Assembly (NCBI GenBank): GCA_030674475.1
Contig: JAUSCZ010000029.1
Span: 2,357 to 66,356 of the forward strand
Length of the DNA stretch: 64,000 bases
Direction: 5' to 3'
Source: Candidatus Omnitrophota bacterium
Lineage (GTDB): Bacteria; Omnitrophota; Gorgyraeia; Gygaellales; UBA12090
Shown here: positions 15,001 through 21,000 of the stretch, one piece after another
How positions within the stretch are numbered: the stretch's first letter is position 1
Layout: every line of letters begins with the position of its first letter
Made by a program: the position numbers and the translations under genes
Notes under the pieces: generated by a model
The model's database searches: none
What the model saw: only the letters and a program-made list of their open reading frames with translations
Told to the model about the DNA's origin: nothing

Positions 15001-18000
15001 TAGCAGAAAAAGGCGGCCTGGCGGTGCTGGTTACATTTAGGAGCGGCATAAGTCCGCGATTAGATTTTCAGGTGATGGGAAGGGCCGCAAGACAAGGTCA
15101 AAAAGGCAGCACGCAGTTTTTCCTTTATTTTGACCACTCGTTATATGGTTTTAAAAAAGCTGATTTCAAAATAAACGCGCAGGGGGATATAGATTTAGAG
15201 CGGCATCCCGATGTTTTGAGGCTTATTGACAATCAGCAAATGTCGGGGGAGGAAGCAATTTCTAAAAATCATCTTACGCAATTTATGCTGGATTATAGCC
15301 TTTATTTGCAAGAAAGATTTAATCACACATTTAAAAATTCGATTATGGATTTTTGTTATCGTTATATTCGTGAAAATGACAGGTTTTATAACGGTGTGTA
15401 TACCTCGGAGGTGTGGGACTCTTTAGAGTCCGCTTGGAGGGGTTTTCTTTATAGAAGACAGATATCTTTAACCTATCTTGATACTCTGATTTATACGAAT
15501 AAGATGTATAAAGAATTCAATGACCGAATGAGTAAGGATTTGGAAAAATCATTGTTTGAAGCAAAGCATATAAAGAAAATTCTGGCTAAAAAAGAGAAAA
15601 TAGATCAAGCATTGAAAAAGGCATGGAAAGAAACGACAGAACAATTTGTAAAGACTGAAGCTCGTATTCTAAAAGATATAGAATTGCCAGATAAGCCGCC
15701 GGATAAAATAAGATTAGAATATCGCTACCGAGAGGTTTCCAGTTCGCTGTGTCTCATCCGAGTATCAACACAAGGGGATTTGAAGCTAAATTCCGCCAGC
15801 CCGCTTGAGGAGGCGGGCCTGTCATTAGAAAAACATTCGGAAAATGGGGACGGTTCTATTTGTTTGAGCAGTCCGCTGGGAAAAGATAGAAAAACAGAAC
15901 CGTCCCGGTTTACGCGTTCACCTTTAGGCAGCAGTCCTCTGGCGGAAAGTGGAAAAAATATAATGGGAAGCTATTTTGATATTAAATTTAGGAATTCTGA
16001 AGAGTTTAGTACGGGGATACCTTTGTATGAAGGCTTTAGTTCCAGGATATCTTTGTCATTGCTTATAATGTGCGTTGCCTTTGCTTCTATAGCCATTTCT
16101 ATGATAAAGTTATCTTTTTTGTCTCTGCAAACATTAAGTTTAGTCCTGGGTTTTACTGCAATCGCCCTTAGCTTGATAACGGTTATTAATTCTTCAATAG
16201 TTAAAGGATCAACTTTTAATCTTTTCCTCTTGAAGACTTCCTTGATCTCTTCAATGAGCCTGTCAGAAATTATTAATGTGAATTTGCCTTCTTTAAAGGC
16301 ATGGTATATAGCTAAATTAGCGGGACTTTTAAGCAGGCAGGAGATGAAGATGTTGGTGTCAATGACCGCTTTTATATCGTGCATATACCTTTTTCCGGGA
16401 TATTTGGCATATCCTGTTTATTTCTTCCTCGGAGGGTATGCTTTTTATTTGGCCGCGTATATTATTTACCACATTATCCAGTCTTCTGGCCCAGGTAGTC
16501 TTTTCAAGCTTTCGCACCAATTGTATCTTTTTCTCAATAGGAAGTTTACCGATAAGCTTTTCTATATCAATAGTGGCAGTAATAGACATTTTATCTCCCT
16601 TTCTACTATAAAGCATACTATACTTTCAGTTATAAGTCAAGAATTTAGGGTGAAGCGCGGCACTTCTAACTTAACCGCTGCGGAAAAATGGGACGCTCAT
16701 ATTTTTGCCGGCAGCCCACTGGGGGAAAAGGAAAAAACGGCTGCTGCCCTTATTATTCAAATTATTTGCTCGGCATCCCCTGTATTTACATGTATCAGCG
16801 AAGGAAAGGAATATACTTATGGACAGCTTGTTGCCGGAACACTACTGGAAAATTATTTTAGTCATATTCACTGTTTGGGGGAGGAAAGCGGCTTTCCCCT
16901 TATTGTAGCTGACGGCCCTTCGGGAATAGGTAAAGGTATGTTGAAGCTTATGAAAGAATTTCTCGCGCGGTTACAGCTTGATATGTGTTATTGGCCTTTA
17001 GATATGTTTTTTATTGAGAGAGATAAACGTTACAAAATTATTAATGATGTGGTGGATGGTGTGATTCAAGGTGAAGATTATGATGAGGTGGGTTTTTGGA
17101 ATATGGCAGAAATTAAACGAGTCTTGAGCCGTAATAATGATTTCAAGAAATCAGGCAAGATGACAGAGAAGCTTTTTATACCAAAAGCATGGGATACAAT
17201 AAAGAAAGAATACCGGCCAAAAACAATAGTGTTAAAAAAGAAAAGCGTAGATGTTGTTGATTGGAAATATTCACATAAAGAAGAATTGCAAGCATATTAC
17301 GGTGATAATCCATTTCGTATACGTTTTATTGAAGATGAAGAAACGGTAAGAAAAAAGTATTATTCAAGAGAGCTTAAAACCCGCGGCCCGGGAAAAGATT
17401 TGGAAAGGCTTATGGCAGCTTACGATAAGTTGTTTGTGCCAAGTTATAAGCGGTATGTTCATCAATTAGGCGATAGATTTCCCATTTGTTTAGTAGATTT
17501 TTCTGATGATGAAGATTGCATTGCTTCTGACGGGTTCTCAAAGAAAGGGCGATCCCGGCCTTTTCAAGAAAAGGAGGCCGCTTTATATGCCGTCAACCCG
17601 ACCGTGGATGAGGCCGACAGCCCGGTGGGGGGAAATGATTCCGACTCATTTTCTAGTTCTCCAATGGATAGTAGCGATGATAGAGAAAAGATTAAAGAGG
17701 CAATCTCTGTGCTTAAATCAAGCAAAGGATACGGAATTCGCCTGGGGGCTTGTTTAAAAATTAAAGAAATAATAGAAAATAACCTATCTTTAGATGTGGA
17801 AGAATATTTTGATGACCTTTTAGGGCTTATGCTCGGCACAATAAGGGATAACGATGGTTCAAAGTCAACAGATGAAGTGTTTAGTGGCGTATGCGATATA
17901 ATTGGTTTATCTTTAAAAAGGAAAAAAAGCCTTGCCAATGAAGAGCGGATGGAAAAAATATTTAAGGTAGTTGATAATATAAGAGATTACGAATTTGGTT

Positions 18001-21000
18001 TTTCAAGGCTGTTAGGGCTTATCAGTAGTTTTATAATAAATAGTAAAATTTTTTCCGCAGAAACACAACAACCCGGAAAATCATTGGCCAAGCCGGTCTA
18101 TTATCAAAAAATCCTTACTATGGAATTTTCTTACGGACTAACGTTTACTCAATACGGCCTGACCAGGCTTGATATTTTTAACGCGGCAAATGAATTTATC
18201 CGTGCCAATCCTTTACTTGCTGAATATGAGGTTGATGCCCTGCGGCGAATTCTTCTTGATAGTGAATACTTTTTGAGCACGGCTATTGAAGATAGAGGTG
18301 TTATTGAACGCGCGTTACAAGCCACAATTGATATGACGTTAAAAATGATTGATTGTATCTCTGTAGTAATGTCATGTAACACTACATTCGTGAACAGGGA
18401 AATGATTGCGCCTATTCAATCTTTGCTCAGTAGCAGGCAGAAAATAATCAGGCTGTATGCCTTTAAAATAGTTCTGATTAATGCTGGCCAGTTAAATAAT
18501 CCACAGCTTTCTTTAGGAAAAATTATCCAAGAGACAGTTAAAAACCTGTCCGCGTATGGAATTAGCGTGGATAAAGCGATGTTCATTAAATTGTTAACCT
18601 TTATCTGGAGTCATCGTTTTGATGGTTTCAGTTTAGCTTCTTGGAGTATTTTATTGTCTTGTATATTAAAAAATGCTTCCCGGGAAAAGCAAGTTAAAGG
18701 ATTTTGGGGCGCTGTTCATAAATTCATAAACTGTTTTTCAAGAGAAGATACCAAAAATGTTTTAGCAGAGAATAAACATACGGATAATATTAATCGGATA
18801 GTCAGGATTTTGCGCTGGATAGACAAGCTTCATAAGCAATATCCTTCTATGGGCGCGGAAATACATTATTTTACAAAAGAAAGCGATATCTCCGAAAGAG
18901 AAAAAAACATATTCTTTGCCCAGTTCCTTGCGTTAACCCCAGGTCATAATTCTATACATCCTTATGAATATATTAAGGAAGCTGACTTTTTAGATATACG
19001 CGTTATGCCGGGGAGCTGGCCGGTTTTCTTTAGGCTGTGGAAAGAATTAAGTAGTTACGGTTTATTTGAACCCCTTAAGGATGATTATCCGCCGGCGGCG
19101 TATCACAGCTGTCTTAAGGGAGATTTTGGCCCGGATGTCCATAATTTTATTATCTCAAACACATTTTTAAATTGGCCTACTTTTTCTTCATTTGTCAGTA
19201 TCGACTACACTACAGGAAAAGACAGCGCGGAATTTGCTTTCGGGCAGGCCTATAATTATGTTGGCGTAACAATAAATGAATTGAGCGGCCTGATTGAATA
19301 TAGTTCTTCCCAGACCAATATTTTTGATTCATTTATAAAAACTTGTCATAAATTTAACGATACCCAAGGTAATCTTATTGGACAATATGATAGTTACCCG
19401 AGTTTTAACGATATTCCGAGAAAAGCTTTGTTGGCAATCGCCTTTTGCTCGCGAGACGAAAGATTGCAAAAAGTAAAAATAAAAGTTAAGGATATTATTT
19501 TTGATTGGCTGATTATGATAGGTATGCCCTTGGAATATATTGAAGGGTTACGTGATGAAGTATGGAGGGATGAGGGCGGAGGTATTACTACGACCCGTCC
19601 CCAATTAGCAAAGACATTAGAAAAAATAAAAGAAGTTATTGTCCTGCGGCAGGCCCAGCGGTATCTGGAAAGAGTGGACGATGATGCTAAGAAAGAATTG
19701 CAGGGATATATTAGCGTGAATGACATATTAGGGGCGGCGGGCATTCTGGATAAGATAAGACAAAGGGAGATTATCTATAAAGTTACCAGTTACACCCATC
19801 TTAATTTATGCGATCTCTCCGCGGAGGGCCTGAGAGGGGTGATTAACGAATTTAAGAAAAATCCCTTGAGCCCTGATTTAAAAGACTTAGAAAATAAAAT
19901 GGAAGCTGTCTTTAGGGAGATAAAAGGCATCATTTATACACCTTTAGAGGAAAAGATTATAGGATTATTTATTGATAACAGTTATCCTTTGGAGTCTGTC
20001 CCGGAGATTATTGACGATGTTCTGATAAAGGCTTTATCCGGCGGCACAAATGAAGAGGCAAAAACCCTTATAAACGAAATAGGCGGCCAGAAAGCTCAAG
20101 AAGCGCTTAAAGACATTAAAAAATCCTCCAGCCCGCTGGAGGAGGAGGAACTGCGCGAATTGCTCTCCGGCATTATCAGCTGTATAAACAACCCCTCACA
20201 AGCAGGATTAACCGGTTCCGTGGATAGTCTTTGTGAGTTTCTGCTGAAGCTGCCGTTGGGTGCTCTTAGAGAAAACCGTTTTTATAATTGTCTTCTTCAA
20301 GCCTTAAAGGGCGCGGTAAGCAAAACAGATTTAGGCGCTTTAAAGAATGATATATTAAAGCTGATTAATAACGCGATAGCGGTAAAGCTTAAATCTCTTC
20401 CCAGCGATTCAAACGAATATCAGCGCTATACGGAGACGCTTTTTTATCTGACTCTGCCGTATGTCAAAAAGGCGCTCAAGATGGGACAGATAAGGCTTTC
20501 GGATGATTTATTGGGAGAATTTTATCCCATCCTGTTATTATCTATTGACGGTTATGATGAGAGGAAAGGGGGAAATTTTCCCGCGTATTATAGTGATAGA
20601 CTTAAGAACGACGTGAACCAGCGAAGATTCGATACTTTTGCTTACGCGCGAGGTTCAGGAGAGGAGTATAGCGGAGAAGAATCTTGTTTTGAAACAGCCG
20701 CCGCTGAAAAAGCCAATAAAGAATACGTAAGCGCCGCGCGCGAAGAAGGAGCGGTTTGGGCTGCTAGCAAAAAAGAGATTGACGGCATAACGGATGAATT
20801 GTGGGAACAAATTAAGGGAGGAATAAAAGTTGTCTTGGCTTTAGGGGAAGAAAGAGTATCTCGTTTTGACAGCGGGTTATTAGAAAATTATTATAAACGG
20901 ATAAATGAATTTCGTGATGAAAATAAGATATTGCGCTGGAAAAAGCTAACGGAAGAATACCCGGGTTTGAGAGGTTTATATCGCGTTAAAGACCATTTTA

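Noticed and set aside
472-19744. About 30 short minus-strand ORFs (60-174 aa) inside the giant ORF, for example 3221-3745, 11624-12091 and 17564-17938.
   Set aside because: Their translations are low-complexity with no motifs, and they lie antisense to recognisable plus-strand domains. These are typical antisense artefacts. Only the PIN/antitoxin pair at 15971-16616 has real protein signatures.
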